A model generated the notes under the pieces. It ran no database searches, was not told where the DNA came from, and saw only the letters and a list, made by a program, of their open reading frames with translations. Position numbers and translations under genes: made by a program. A stretch of 64,000 nucleotides of DNA from Patescibacteria group bacterium UBA4787 (GTDB taxonomy: Bacteria > Patescibacteriota > Patescibacteriia > UBA2591 > UBA4787): positions 3,765 to 67,764 of the forward strand of contig DHGX01000003.1 in assembly GCA_002402995.1 (NCBI GenBank), written 5' to 3'. Within the stretch, counting starts at the first letter, position 1. Every line of letters starts with the position of its first letter. This document shows, piece after piece, positions 1 through 10,534 of the stretch.

Positions 1-2
1 AA

Positions 3-1013
3 TTGCTTCAAACGAGTTGGCTGGTCATAGCGGAGATCGTTAACAGGATTATATTGGTGGCCGGCTTATTTTTCATTATTAAAAATAATCTTGGATTTTA
101 TATTTTGATATGGCTATTGGCAATAGTTGCCCTGGTTAATTTATTTATTTTATTTTTAATCGCTTTTTTTGAAAAAGAACAAAAAATAAAATTGGCTTTT
201 GACGTCGCTATTTGGAAAGATGTTTTGGGGCAGGCTTGGCCTATTGGCTTGGCCATCGCTTTAAATTTAATTTATTTTAAGGTCGACACATTGATTTTAT
301 CTCTTTACCATTCGGCGTCAGACGTGGGTTTTTACGGCGCCAGTTATCGCGTTTTGGAAACGTTAATGACCTTTCCTCTGATGTTTATAGGATTGGTTGT
401 TCCTTTTTTATCCAAATCTTGGTTGGAAGGCAGCCGAGAAAATTTTGAACGTTATTTGCAGAAAGCTTTTGATTTTTTGATTTTAGCGTCCATTCCTATG
501 GCGCTCGGAACTTATGTTCTGGCTGACAGATTAATGATTTTTGTGGCTGGTCCGGAATTTTCGGCAGCCGGACGCATCTTGAAAATTATTATTTTCGCTA
601 CCAGTATTATTTTTGTCAGCCAGCTTTTTACGCACACGCTTTTTGCCATTCGCAAACAGCGCTTAATGCTTTGGTTTTATTTATTAACGGCTGTTGTTGC
701 TCTGATCGCTTATTTTATATTTATCCCCATTTATTCTTATTGGGCCGCGGCCATCATTACTTTAACATCGGAATTGATTATTTTTGTCTCTGCTTATTTA
801 ATTGTAATGCGTACCGCAAAAATTAAATTAAAATGGCGGATTTTTTATCTAAGTTTTTTGGCCAGTTGCTCTATGTCTTTGATAATTTATCTGTTTCACG
901 GATTAAATTTATTCTTGTTAATTATTTTGGGTATTTTAGTTTATTCTATTATTATTTATTTAATAGGCGGAGTAGACAAAAAATTAATTCATAGTTTGTT
1001 GAAATTAAAATGA
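3..1013 (+). CDS. Polysaccharide/O-antigen flippase (Wzx/MOP superfamily), 5'-truncated by window edge
   Basis: Many TM helices; 'IYFKVDTLILS...VGFYGASYR' flippase motif; adjacent to O-antigen ligase. Confidence 0.85.
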   Translation: MLQTSWLVIAEIVNRIILVAGLFFIIKNNLGFYILIWLLAIVALVNLFILFLIAFFEKEQKIKLAFDVAIWKDVLGQAWPIGLAIALNLIYFKVDTLILSLYHSASDVGFYGASYRVLETLMTFPLMFIGLVVPFLSKSWLEGSRENFERYLQKAFDFLILASIPMALGTYVLADRLMIFVAGPEFSAAGRILKIIIFATSIIFVSQLFTHTLFAIRKQRLMLWFYLLTAVVALIAYFIFIPIYSYWAAAIITLTSELIIFVSAYLIVMRTAKIKLKWRIFYLSFLASCSMSLIIYLFHGLNLFLLIILGILVYSIIIYLIGGVDKKLIHSLLKLK

Positions 1014-2272
1014 TCTGGATTATTGTTTCACTATTAATAATTTATTTTATTTTGGCCCTAAAGAAGCCGCATCTCGCTTTAGCTTTAATTCTATTTTTAT
1101 TGCCGAGCTATCAAATAAGATTTAATGTTTTCGCGCTCCCGACCACTTTTTTAGAGGGAATGATTTTGTTGTTTTCCTTGGCCACATTAATCCGCGAAAA
1201 GTTTAATTTTAAGAATATCTATTTCAGCGCGTCGCGCCGTTGGCGATATCTGGTTTTGGCCTGGCTTTTGTGTTCCAGTTTGGCGATTTTTGTTTCTCCG
1301 AATAGAATCGCGGCGCTGGGAATTTGGAAAGCTTATTTTGTCGAACCGATTATTCTCTTTTTTTTGTTTCTGTTTTATTTTCGAGATCGCAGCCAGAGAA
1401 AATTATTTATTTATAGTTTATTAGGATCGGCTTTTTATCTTTCCGTATACGCGATTTACCAAAAAATCACGGGCCAAGGCGTTTATAGCTTGGAAATCTG
1501 GCCAAGCGGCCGAGTTTTAAGATCAACGGGCTTGTTTTCTTATCCCAACGCTCTGGGTTTATATTTAGCGCCGCTTATAATGGTCGCTGTTGGTTATTGG
1601 CGATCAGCCATTTCAAAATTTGAAAAAACATTTTTAATATCGGTGATTATTTCTTCGATTTTGGCGATTATCTTTTCCCGATCCGAAGGCGCCATATTGG
1701 GAATAATTATTGGTTGTTTTTCTTTTGGTTTTTTGTATTCGTCTTGGCGTAAAAAGACCATTTTATCGTTTTTAATTTTTGTTTTGATTATAGTCGGTTT
1801 ATATTTTTTTGTTCCCAGCGCTAAAAATTATTTGTATCCCAAGGTTGCCTTCAAAGATTTTTCTTCGCAGGTGCGCCTGGGAATATGGCGTGAATCTTTT
1901 AATATGCTTAAAGATCATTCTATTCTCGGCGCGGGCTTGGCCGGTTATCAGAAAACAATGCCGTCTTATCATAAAATAAATTATGTGGAAATTTATCTTT
2001 ATCCGCACAATATTATTTTAAATTTTTGGTCGGAATTGGGGCTATTGGGTTTAATAATTTTTATTTTAATTATTTATAGTTTCTTCGCGCGCGCCAGAGA
2101 TAAGATTAAAGAGGCGAAGCAGAAGCAAGATATTTCGGCGCTTTGGTTGATCGCTGCTGTGTCTAGCGCCATGATTGTAGTTTTAGCGCATGGGCTGGTG
2201 GACGCACCTTATTTTAAAAATGATCTGTCTATCATTTTTTGGCTGATAAGCGCCGTTGTTTTAGCTATTTAA
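1010..2272 (+). CDS. O-antigen ligase (Wzy_C/WaaL-like) family membrane protein
   Basis: Multi-TM; 'R.TG.F.YPNALG', 'SRSEGA', 'R..IW', 'YPHNIILNFWSELG' motifs. Confidence 0.85.
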   Translation: MIWIIVSLLIIYFILALKKPHLALALILFLLPSYQIRFNVFALPTTFLEGMILLFSLATLIREKFNFKNIYFSASRRWRYLVLAWLLCSSLAIFVSPNRIAALGIWKAYFVEPIILFFLFLFYFRDRSQRKLFIYSLLGSAFYLSVYAIYQKITGQGVYSLEIWPSGRVLRSTGLFSYPNALGLYLAPLIMVAVGYWRSAISKFEKTFLISVIISSILAIIFSRSEGAILGIIIGCFSFGFLYSSWRKKTILSFLIFVLIIVGLYFFVPSAKNYLYPKVAFKDFSSQVRLGIWRESFNMLKDHSILGAGLAGYQKTMPSYHKINYVEIYLYPHNIILNFWSELGLLGLIIFILIIYSFFARARDKIKEAKQKQDISALWLIAAVSSAMIVVLAHGLVDAPYFKNDLSIIFWLISAVVLAI

Positions 2273-2395
2273 TTTTTCGGCGGAGTTGTGGATAACCCCC
2301 CCCTCTCAATATGTTGTGTTTATGCTATAATTAGGGTCAGACATACGAATTCAGACGGTTATGAAGTTAAAAAGTAACGCCCAAATTGTTATATT

Positions 2396-5300
2396 GTGAC
2401 CACATATAAACAAAAAATTATTTATGTCTTTTGCCTGCTTTTATGCTTGCCAAATTTTGTTTTGGCTGGCGTTAGCCAAAATGATACCACGGGCGTTTAT
2501 GCGAATACTTTAAGCGACTACACGGGTATAAGCCGGACCAGCAATTTGCGTTTGGATAATGGTAAAATTGCCTTGAGTCAAAATACCAATCATCAATATC
2601 AAGAAGATTTTACCACCGCGGTATATGGCGCTAGTTCCACCGCGCTCTGGGACATTGCGAACCATCGATTATCTTTGAAGTCAAAAAATATTTTTGTGGC
2701 GAAAAATGGACTGGACGCCAATTCAGGCACGGAAGACGCGCCTTTTTTGACCGTGGCCAAGGCGTTGGCAGTGGTTCAGCCGGGCGACACGATCTATGTG
2801 AAAAAAGGGATTTATTATGTAAGCTCATATTTCACGAGCATCGTGGGCACAGCCGACGCGCCTATTACGATTATGCCGTACCCAGGAGATCGTTACCAAG
2901 TTATTTTTGACGGCGAAGGTGTTTCTCTCTACAGTTTTGGCTACTCCTCTTTGCGATACCTGACCATTGACGGTTTCATTTTCCGCAATTATCCCGATGG
3001 CCCGATTTTAGGCGGTCCCTACACATGCGACCACAATATTTATAAAAATAGTATAGTTTACGGCATTCTCCATACCGGCGAGGATATAAATTGCTCTTAC
3101 AATAAAATTATTAATAATTTATATATTGGCGGGCAACAACAGCTTTATTTGCCTAACGCTACAAATAACGCCGCTATTTTGAATAATAGTTTTTTGAAAT
3201 ATTCCAGAGACACAGCTATTTACGCTCCAACTGCTGGTACTGCTGATCACGCGATAAAAAACAACATTTTCTATACCATGGGCAATTACGGGGTTGACGA
3301 TCCCGGTCATTATTTTATTAGTTATCAAAATGGCGGCATTTCCAGTATTGATAATAATCTATATTATAACCCTTTTTCCAATTCTTATTTGTTTCATTAC
3401 AACCACGGCGCTGGCGCAGTATACTATTCCAACAATAGCGCTGATTTTTCCACTTGGCAGGGTTATGGTTTTGACGCGCATTCTTTGATCAATCAAGATC
3501 CAATGTTCACCCCGGGAGACCTCGGTTTGTATTATCTGGCCGCAAACAGCCCGGCCATTGACGCTGGCGCTAATGATTCAGATGTTTCCTATTTAACTGA
3601 CGGCAATTGGTGCACTTCATCTACTAACACGCCTGACACAGGCACCGTGGACATGGGTTTCCATTATTTCTGCGGCACAGCTGAAGCTGTGGCCAATCGT
3701 TATCCCTCTTCTGGGGAAGCGCTTTCTAATGAGATAAACAGCAATGATTTTTCAACAAAAAATGTCAGTAAAGCTACTCTAACCGCTACTTATGATCTCA
3801 ACGGTTTAGCCGCGAGCAATCTGGTATTTTATCTTTCGGCAGATAGCGGCGCCAATTGGGAAGAAGTTACTTCTGGCGTTGAACATACTTTTACTAATAC
3901 TGGCACAAGCTTATATTGGAAAGCTGTTTTAACTACCAACGACGAAACTAAAACGCCCGTGGTCACGCAAATAGTCGTAGATTATACCTACGCGACAACT
4001 CCTGTAACTTCAGCCCAAGAATCTTTTACCGATGATTTTGTGACTCCCTCTTTCCAAAGCGGGACTGAGGGATGGGGAGGTAATGAGACTTTTGGCGATG
4101 GTTCAGGCTTGAGGTTAACATCTACTACCGACTATTGGACTTGGCCTTTACGCAGCAGTGGATCATATACGGTGGGTGGCGTAAATTTAGGCACCGTGCT
4201 TTCACTGCCAGATTCAAACACCTACACCCCTGCCGTGGTTTTAGACAAACAAAACCATCCAGCGGTTTTATTCAAGGTCTACGAAGGCGATCTCGACACC
4301 TATAATCTGTTCTTCGCGCGTTGGAACGGCGCGAACTGGGTTAAAGCCGATGGCGTTGCTGGTTATGATCAAATATTAGCCACTAGCACCTATCAAATCA
4401 CAGAATATAAATTATTGTTTGACACCCAGAATCGCCCATATGTGGCTTTCGCGAGAAAAGAGGCAGACGCAATTCATACTAATGCCTATTTTTCATATTT
4501 TAACGGCACAGCTTGGACCACGGCTCAAAAAATCAGCGGCTCGCCGTCTGATTGGGGTTGGTATCTCGATTTCGCCATAGATGCTAACAACCGGCCTTGC
4601 GTGGTTTTTTCCGGCTACATTGACGCTACTGACTATGAAGATATTTATTTGACTTGTTTAAATAACGGGACCTGGACTTACGCTGATAACACCACTCCTG
4701 GTTTGGAAAATGTCAGCCAAGTTAACCACGCCAGTTATCCAGAATCTGCCACTATTATTTTTGACAATAACAATCGACCGATGGTTGCCTGGACAGACCA
4801 CACTTCAAACCAAGTAGCTTTCACGCGTTGGAACGGCGCAACCTGGACTTACGCTGATAACACCACCCCCGGCATTGAATATTTTGCTAACGCGACTGCT
4901 GACGGAAACGCGCGATTGGCGATTGACGGCTCGGACCACCCGATTTTGGTATGGAGGAACTACACCGTTACAACGGGAGGGAGTTGTGGTTTTAAAAAAT
5001 ATTATAAAACTACGACGACGAATATTTATTTGAATTATTGGAACGGCACAGCCTGGAAAGCTATGAACGGAGTTGATGATGGCCCGGAAACAATACATTC
5101 AAGAACAGCGACCGCCTGCAACTCTACATTACCCGTTAATTTTAAAATGCTTTTAGACTCTAATTTTAGGCCGAATTTTGCGTTTAGCGATTGTGCTTAT
5201 GATCCTGATACTGGCTGGAAGAACGCATTTTTATTTAGCAAATGGAATGGTTCAATGTGGACAGAAGCTGATGGGGCAACGCCTTTTGATTATAATAATT

Positions 5301-8300
5301 ATAATGTCCTTTTTAATGCACATCCTTCATATTTTGTTCTTGATCAAAACAATTATCCCAATTTAATTTTAAGCAACACGTCTTTCACCGCTTGGAACGG
5401 CACAGCGTGGGCTAACCTTATTAACGAAGCCAATACCAGCACAAATCTCGGCGATAATACGGTCACGGGTTTTTTAGTGGACAATGATGATAATCTTTTT
5501 GTTTTTAATTCTTCAAATGTAATCGCCACCTCATATCAAGGTGCTCCAGCCATAGTCGAGTATAACACCCCTGGGCACTATAACGCCAATTACACACCTA
5601 CCGGGCTTTCAACTGATTATACTTATGTGGTGGAAAGTGTTACCATGACCAGCTTAACAACCGATCTTCACGGCTTGGCTGCTTCAAGTTTAAGTTATCA
5701 GGTGCGTTGTTCCAATACAGGCGACTGGGAAACGGTTGCCTTGAACGAACAAAAGACTTTAATTTGCACAAACAATTTGTTTAACTACAAGGCCAATTTA
5801 AGCACCGCTGACCCAAACCAAACTCCAGAAATCAAAAACATCACCTGGCAAATCACCTATAGAGCTATTGACAACGAGGCTGCGGCTAACACGCTTTATG
5901 ACCATAACGACGTTTTGAGCAGTTCCACCACCTTTACTATTGATTCGGCCGCGGCGGTTTATGACGCCACGAACCAGAGGATTAAATTTAATCCTACGCC
6001 TTGGCGGGATTTAGTTAATGAAGCTTATGATCCTACTTATTTAAGCGCCACAGAAACTGGCTTTATGGATAACCCCCAGATCATCACTGACAGCAATAAC
6101 CGTTTGTGCGCAGTTTGGCGCGAAGGCGTTTTCAACAAAGGCGACATTTATTACTCCTGCTGGAGCGGCGCGGCTTGGGTGAAAGCAGACGGCACGACTG
6201 GTTATGATAACGTGAGCAACAATACCGGCGACTCTGATTTTCCTAGGCTGCTTTTGGACAACAATAATTATCCTTACGTGGTTTGGCAGGACAGCACCGA
6301 TAGTCATGCTTCGAGTACGGCCAATTACGACATTTTTTTTAAGTACTATGACGGTTCAACTTGGCGTGGTTTGAAAAACGCCGCGACCCATGACAATTTA
6401 TCGCAAAATCTCGGGCCTTCGTATTATCCGGAATTTGTTTTAGATAGCGTTAACCATTATCCGCAAGTTATCTGGCAGGACAGAAGCGAAGGCTTATGGA
6501 AAATTTATTACACCAAATGGAACGGCGTTGATTGGGTGAAAACCAACGGTGATTCTGGTTACGAGTCGCCCACAGGCCCAGTGATTTCATATCATGACAG
6601 TTTTGAGCGCAAACCGCCGATTCATCAATACGGCAAGATAAAGCTCAATAGCAATAACCAGCCGAATATTTTGTGGCAAGGATATTTTAACGAAGCCGGC
6701 GCCAGTCACACCAAGTCCCAAATATATTTTACCTATTACAATGGTTCAGCTTGGGCAGGCTTGGAAAACGCTTCTTCCACGCGCGATAATGTTAGTAATA
6801 CCACGAGCAGTGACTGGAACATGCAACCCAATCCTGATTTTGCCATTGACAGCAGCAACCGTGTTTACGCGGCTTGGATTGATAATTATCCTGATGTGTA
6901 TGGTGATGGATTTTATTTCAAATATTTTGATGGCAGCAATTGGGTGGGTTTGGCCAGCGCCACTTCCCAGCCGGATTGGATTTTTGATTTTATGCCTGAT
7001 CTTGCGAGCGGCAGTGACGACTACATTTATCATTACACCCAAGTAGAATTAGACAGTCAAAGCCGTCCTCACATCTTGGCTATGAAAACCACGGGTTGGT
7101 CTGTCAACAGAAATAATTGTTATACTTATTGGAACGGTTCGCAGTGGTCAAAAATTGACGGGGTAACAGGCGGTTATGATTCATTTGGCACCGGCGAACA
7201 AGCAGAATTTGTTTTAAAAGATGATTTTCCTTGGGTGATATATAAAACCGATCGAGCAGTTAAATTTGTGAAGGGTACGGCTTCTGGTTTTGAATCAGCG
7301 CAAGGGGTTTCACACCAAACGGTTAACCAAGCCTCAAGCGTTTACCCCGTGATTGCCAAAGCCGGTAACGGCGATATGTACGGAGCTTGGGTGGAGGGTA
7401 GGACCACCGGCCAAGGCAGCCGCTTGGCAATAAAAAAACATAGCGCTTCGTCCACAACCGAACAAACCGCCACGATTATTTCCACCGCAGCTAATTTAAC
7501 GTCATCGGGATACCGATATATCACCTCAGCCACTTTAACCGCCTCAGCCACGCTTAACAACGGAACCATCGTTTATTATTTATCCGCAGACAATGGCGCG
7601 CATTGGGAAGGCCCGATTACTTCCGAGGTGGAGCATATTTTTACCAATACTGGTCGAGTCTTAAAATGGAAAGCTGTTTTAACTGGCGATGGAGTTAATA
7701 AGCTGCCGGAAATTGACGCGATTACTGTGGCTTATAACATCAGCGATTATGCTTCCAGCGGTTATCTTATCTCTAAATTAGTTCAGCCCGCGGAGATCGG
7801 TTCATGGGACAGGGTTGTGGTTAGTCAAACTTTGAACGGCGGTACAGTCAGTTATCAGATTTTAGATAAAAATGGTAACTTAGTGCCTGACAGCGAACTC
7901 ACTGGCAACAGCGCGGGCTTAACTCCAATTGACAGTGAATTAAATATTGCTTCTATAAACGCTTCTAACACCAATTATTCTTCCTTATATATCAAGGCAA
8001 CCGTAAATTCGGCCAACTCAGTTTCTACTCCCACGATTACCAGCTTGAACGCTAAATGGATCAAAGCTAAGGCCGGTAACGATGTAGTTAGTAATGGCGC
8101 TGCTTCTTTTGACGCCACATCGTCAATTGGCGAAGTCTATACTTGCGCTTGGGATTTTGATTCATCGGACGGCGTTGATTGGAATAATCCTGATTCTAAC
8201 TCCTGTCAGGTCGACTATGACTATACCCCCAAAGGCGGCGGTTCTTACACGGCCACTTTAAGAATCAAGCAAGGAACTGCCACGGCTTATGATTATGACA

Positions 8301-10321
8301 CCAGAGTGGTGGCGGTTACCGTGGGCAGCGGTGGCAGCACGCCCACTCCTCCGCCTGCTGAAACTCCTGTTCCAACTACTATTTCTTTATCGCTTAATCC
8401 GTCTTCGCTTTTCGCTGATGCCATTAGCCAAAGCGCGTTGACCGCTGAAGTCTTTGACCAGTTCAATAATCATGTGGCTAACAACACGCCTATCGCCTGG
8501 GATATTGTTTCTGGCAGCGGCTCTTTGGCTTCTGCTTCTACTCCAACCACGAATGGTTTGGCTTCTAACACCTACACAGCCGGCGCTCAAGCAGGCGACA
8601 TTGTCATTAAGGCCTGTACCGCTAATCTCAAATGCAATGAAAAGACATTAACCTTGAAAGCGATTGAAGGACCCTCGGTTTTAACCAGTTTAACCATTTC
8701 CCCTAAAACTCTTTCTTTAAAAAAAGGGCAAACCGCGCAATTCTCCGCGATTGCCAAGGATCAATATAATAATACTTTAACCGGTTTGGTTTTAGAATGG
8801 CTAACCAGTAATTCGTCTCTCGGCCTGATCAATTCCAGTGGCCTTTTTCAGGCTTTGGCTAAAGGCATAGTAACGATTACCGCGAAAAGCGCTGGTCTTT
8901 CTGATCAAGCCGCGGTTACTGTCACTGATACTGACGAGCCAGAGATAATTCTGCCTGTTTCACCTACGCCCGAACCGCCAACAGTTCCAATTACGCCAAC
9001 TCCGACACCCGGAACAACGCCTACGCCTATCCCAACGACACCAGGTGTGGGTACTATTACTACTCCATCGACTGGCGGGTCTGCCTCGCCAAGTCAAGGC
9101 GGGCCAGAAACAGGAATTGGCGTTGGCGCGGAAGCGCCAAGTGAAAATATTCCTATTGTTCAGTTGCCGTCGGTCTTTGAAGAGAAAATAGCTCAACTTG
9201 ACATAGTTTTTGAAAAAGCCAAAGAAATTTATCAAACTAAAATTTTAGAGAATAAAACCGTTCAAAAAGTTAATCAGCAAGCGGCTTTGCCGGTTATCGC
9301 GGTTGTTTCAGCGCTTAACGTGGCAGCCAGTGTTCCAGCCGCGGCTTCGACCCTGCCATTACTCCAATATCTTTTTCAGCTTCTCAAATTCTTTTTCACT
9401 CAACCGGCTTATCTTTTCGTCAGACGACGCAAGTCTTGGGGCACGGTCTATGATGCCATTACCAAACAGCCTGTTGGTTTAGCGATGGTTAGGCTTTACG
9501 AGTTGGTGCCGTCTTTAACCGAACAAGGATCAATCAAGAAATTGGTTCAAACCAAAGTAACCGGGCCGGATGGCCGTTATTTCTTTGCGGTTAAACCAAA
9601 GACCGATTATCAGCTCGAAGTTAATAGTGTCGATTATAATTTTCCTTCAAAATATCTTAACCAACAGCCCAGTGACCGTCTTTATCAAAATTTATATTAT
9701 GGCTCGGTTTTTCGTTCAGGGGCCGAGGGATTGATAAATTTCAATTTGCCTCTTGATTTGCAAGAGGGTAAAACGAGCATCGCCGGCTCAACCAAAAAAG
9801 TTAAGTCGTCATTTGCCAATTTAGAGGAATTTTTCAAGGCTCCGGCAGATGAAAAAGAAAAAGCTTATCACCAAGTTAAGCGTCAAGCCAATTTGAGAAA
9901 ATTGGCTCAAGGAATTTCTTATCTTTCGCCGAGCTTGGCTCTGGTTAATTTAATTATTTCACCCAACGCGCTAACTCTGGTTTTCCTTTTTGTTCATTTA
10001 ATTTTACTTTTTATCTTCAGGTTTTTTAACCCAAATGTTCTAATTAAGTCATTGGGCAGAACCTTCAATCTCAATACCCAAGAGCCGGTAGGCCAGACCT
10101 TAGTTTACTTATTTGAACCCCAATTTAACAAACTCGTTCAAACTCAGATTGCCGACACCAGGGGGAAATACGGTTTCTTGATCGGAGATGAAAAATATTA
10201 TTTGGTCGCTCAAAAACCCGGCTATGTTTTTCCTCAAGACAAAATGGAAATTGTCGGTCAAGCCGAGAGCATGGTGAAGAAAGATTTAGGGATGAAGCGG
10301 AGTCAGCAGAAAACTTCATAA
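2396..10321 (+). CDS. Giant surface protein (2641 aa): signal peptide, DUF1565/right-handed beta-helix, W-N-G-x-x-W propeller-like repeats, PKD-like, Ig-like (Big_1/Big_2), Pro/Thr linker, C-terminal TM anchor with carboxypeptidase-regulatory-like domains
   Basis: 'GLDANSGTEDAPFLTVAKAL...PGDTIYVKKGIY', 'SPAIDAG', repeated WNG..W, 'LTISPKTLSLKKGQTAQF', PT-rich tract, 'WGTVYDAITKQPV'. Confidence 0.75.
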   Translation: MTTYKQKIIYVFCLLLCLPNFVLAGVSQNDTTGVYANTLSDYTGISRTSNLRLDNGKIALSQNTNHQYQEDFTTAVYGASSTALWDIANHRLSLKSKNIFVAKNGLDANSGTEDAPFLTVAKALAVVQPGDTIYVKKGIYYVSSYFTSIVGTADAPITIMPYPGDRYQVIFDGEGVSLYSFGYSSLRYLTIDGFIFRNYPDGPILGGPYTCDHNIYKNSIVYGILHTGEDINCSYNKIINNLYIGGQQQLYLPNATNNAAILNNSFLKYSRDTAIYAPTAGTADHAIKNNIFYTMGNYGVDDPGHYFISYQNGGISSIDNNLYYNPFSNSYLFHYNHGAGAVYYSNNSADFSTWQGYGFDAHSLINQDPMFTPGDLGLYYLAANSPAIDAGANDSDVSYLTDGNWCTSSTNTPDTGTVDMGFHYFCGTAEAVANRYPSSGEALSNEINSNDFSTKNVSKATLTATYDLNGLAASNLVFYLSADSGANWEEVTSGVEHTFTNTGTSLYWKAVLTTNDETKTPVVTQIVVDYTYATTPVTSAQESFTDDFVTPSFQSGTEGWGGNETFGDGSGLRLTSTTDYWTWPLRSSGSYTVGGVNLGTVLSLPDSNTYTPAVVLDKQNHPAVLFKVYEGDLDTYNLFFARWNGANWVKADGVAGYDQILATSTYQITEYKLLFDTQNRPYVAFARKEADAIHTNAYFSYFNGTAWTTAQKISGSPSDWGWYLDFAIDANNRPCVVFSGYIDATDYEDIYLTCLNNGTWTYADNTTPGLENVSQVNHASYPESATIIFDNNNRPMVAWTDHTSNQVAFTRWNGATWTYADNTTPGIEYFANATADGNARLAIDGSDHPILVWRNYTVTTGGSCGFKKYYKTTTTNIYLNYWNGTAWKAMNGVDDGPETIHSRTATACNSTLPVNFKMLLDSNFRPNFAFSDCAYDPDTGWKNAFLFSKWNGSMWTEADGATPFDYNNYNVLFNAHPSYFVLDQNNYPNLILSNTSFTAWNGTAWANLINEANTSTNLGDNTVTGFLVDNDDNLFVFNSSNVIATSYQGAPAIVEYNTPGHYNANYTPTGLSTDYTYVVESVTMTSLTTDLHGLAASSLSYQVRCSNTGDWETVALNEQKTLICTNNLFNYKANLSTADPNQTPEIKNITWQITYRAIDNEAAANTLYDHNDVLSSSTTFTIDSAAAVYDATNQRIKFNPTPWRDLVNEAYDPTYLSATETGFMDNPQIITDSNNRLCAVWREGVFNKGDIYYSCWSGAAWVKADGTTGYDNVSNNTGDSDFPRLLLDNNNYPYVVWQDSTDSHASSTANYDIFFKYYDGSTWRGLKNAATHDNLSQNLGPSYYPEFVLDSVNHYPQVIWQDRSEGLWKIYYTKWNGVDWVKTNGDSGYESPTGPVISYHDSFERKPPIHQYGKIKLNSNNQPNILWQGYFNEAGASHTKSQIYFTYYNGSAWAGLENASSTRDNVSNTTSSDWNMQPNPDFAIDSSNRVYAAWIDNYPDVYGDGFYFKYFDGSNWVGLASATSQPDWIFDFMPDLASGSDDYIYHYTQVELDSQSRPHILAMKTTGWSVNRNNCYTYWNGSQWSKIDGVTGGYDSFGTGEQAEFVLKDDFPWVIYKTDRAVKFVKGTASGFESAQGVSHQTVNQASSVYPVIAKAGNGDMYGAWVEGRTTGQGSRLAIKKHSASSTTEQTATIISTAANLTSSGYRYITSATLTASATLNNGTIVYYLSADNGAHWEGPITSEVEHIFTNTGRVLKWKAVLTGDGVNKLPEIDAITVAYNISDYASSGYLISKLVQPAEIGSWDRVVVSQTLNGGTVSYQILDKNGNLVPDSELTGNSAGLTPIDSELNIASINASNTNYSSLYIKATVNSANSVSTPTITSLNAKWIKAKAGNDVVSNGAASFDATSSIGEVYTCAWDFDSSDGVDWNNPDSNSCQVDYDYTPKGGGSYTATLRIKQGTATAYDYDTRVVAVTVGSGGSTPTPPPAETPVPTTISLSLNPSSLFADAISQSALTAEVFDQFNNHVANNTPIAWDIVSGSGSLASASTPTTNGLASNTYTAGAQAGDIVIKACTANLKCNEKTLTLKAIEGPSVLTSLTISPKTLSLKKGQTAQFSAIAKDQYNNTLTGLVLEWLTSNSSLGLINSSGLFQALAKGIVTITAKSAGLSDQAAVTVTDTDEPEIILPVSPTPEPPTVPITPTPTPGTTPTPIPTTPGVGTITTPSTGGSASPSQGGPETGIGVGAEAPSENIPIVQLPSVFEEKIAQLDIVFEKAKEIYQTKILENKTVQKVNQQAALPVIAVVSALNVAASVPAAASTLPLLQYLFQLLKFFFTQPAYLFVRRRKSWGTVYDAITKQPVGLAMVRLYELVPSLTEQGSIKKLVQTKVTGPDGRYFFAVKPKTDYQLEVNSVDYNFPSKYLNQQPSDRLYQNLYYGSVFRSGAEGLINFNLPLDLQEGKTSIAGSTKKVKSSFANLEEFFKAPADEKEKAYHQVKRQANLRKLAQGISYLSPSLALVNLIISPNALTLVFLFVHLILLFIFRFFNPNVLIKSLGRTFNLNTQEPVGQTLVYLFEPQFNKLVQTQIADTRGKYGFLIGDEKYYLVAQKPGYVFPQDKMEIVGQAESMVKKDLGMKRSQQKTS

Positions 10322-10331
10322 TTCAAAGAAT

Positions 10332-10407
10332 TTGGACAAAACTGTCTGAAACATTTTTATAAATCGCCGGAATTTTTATCGAAGGGAGATGTTTTGGTTT
10401 TGTCCAA
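10332..10407. repeat. 76-bp element with 11-bp perfect terminal inverted repeats (TTGGACAAAAC/GTTTTGTCCAA)
   Basis: Read directly in the intergenic gap between the two giant genes; inner AAACAT/ATGTTT also pair. Confidence 0.6.
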
Positions 10408-10534
10408 CGACTTCGTTTACAAGATAGGAGAAACGATTAAATAAATTGACAGGCGTTGCTCACAGTGATATTCTTAGGATAGATACGCGGAAATTTGACT
10501 ATTGAGTTTTCTATATTTTATAACAATTTCTGAT

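Noticed and set aside
2287-2295. Perfect DnaA box (also 21048..21056), with rpmH in the window, as a possible oriC
   Set aside because: Isolated single boxes; no cluster, dnaA or unwinding element.
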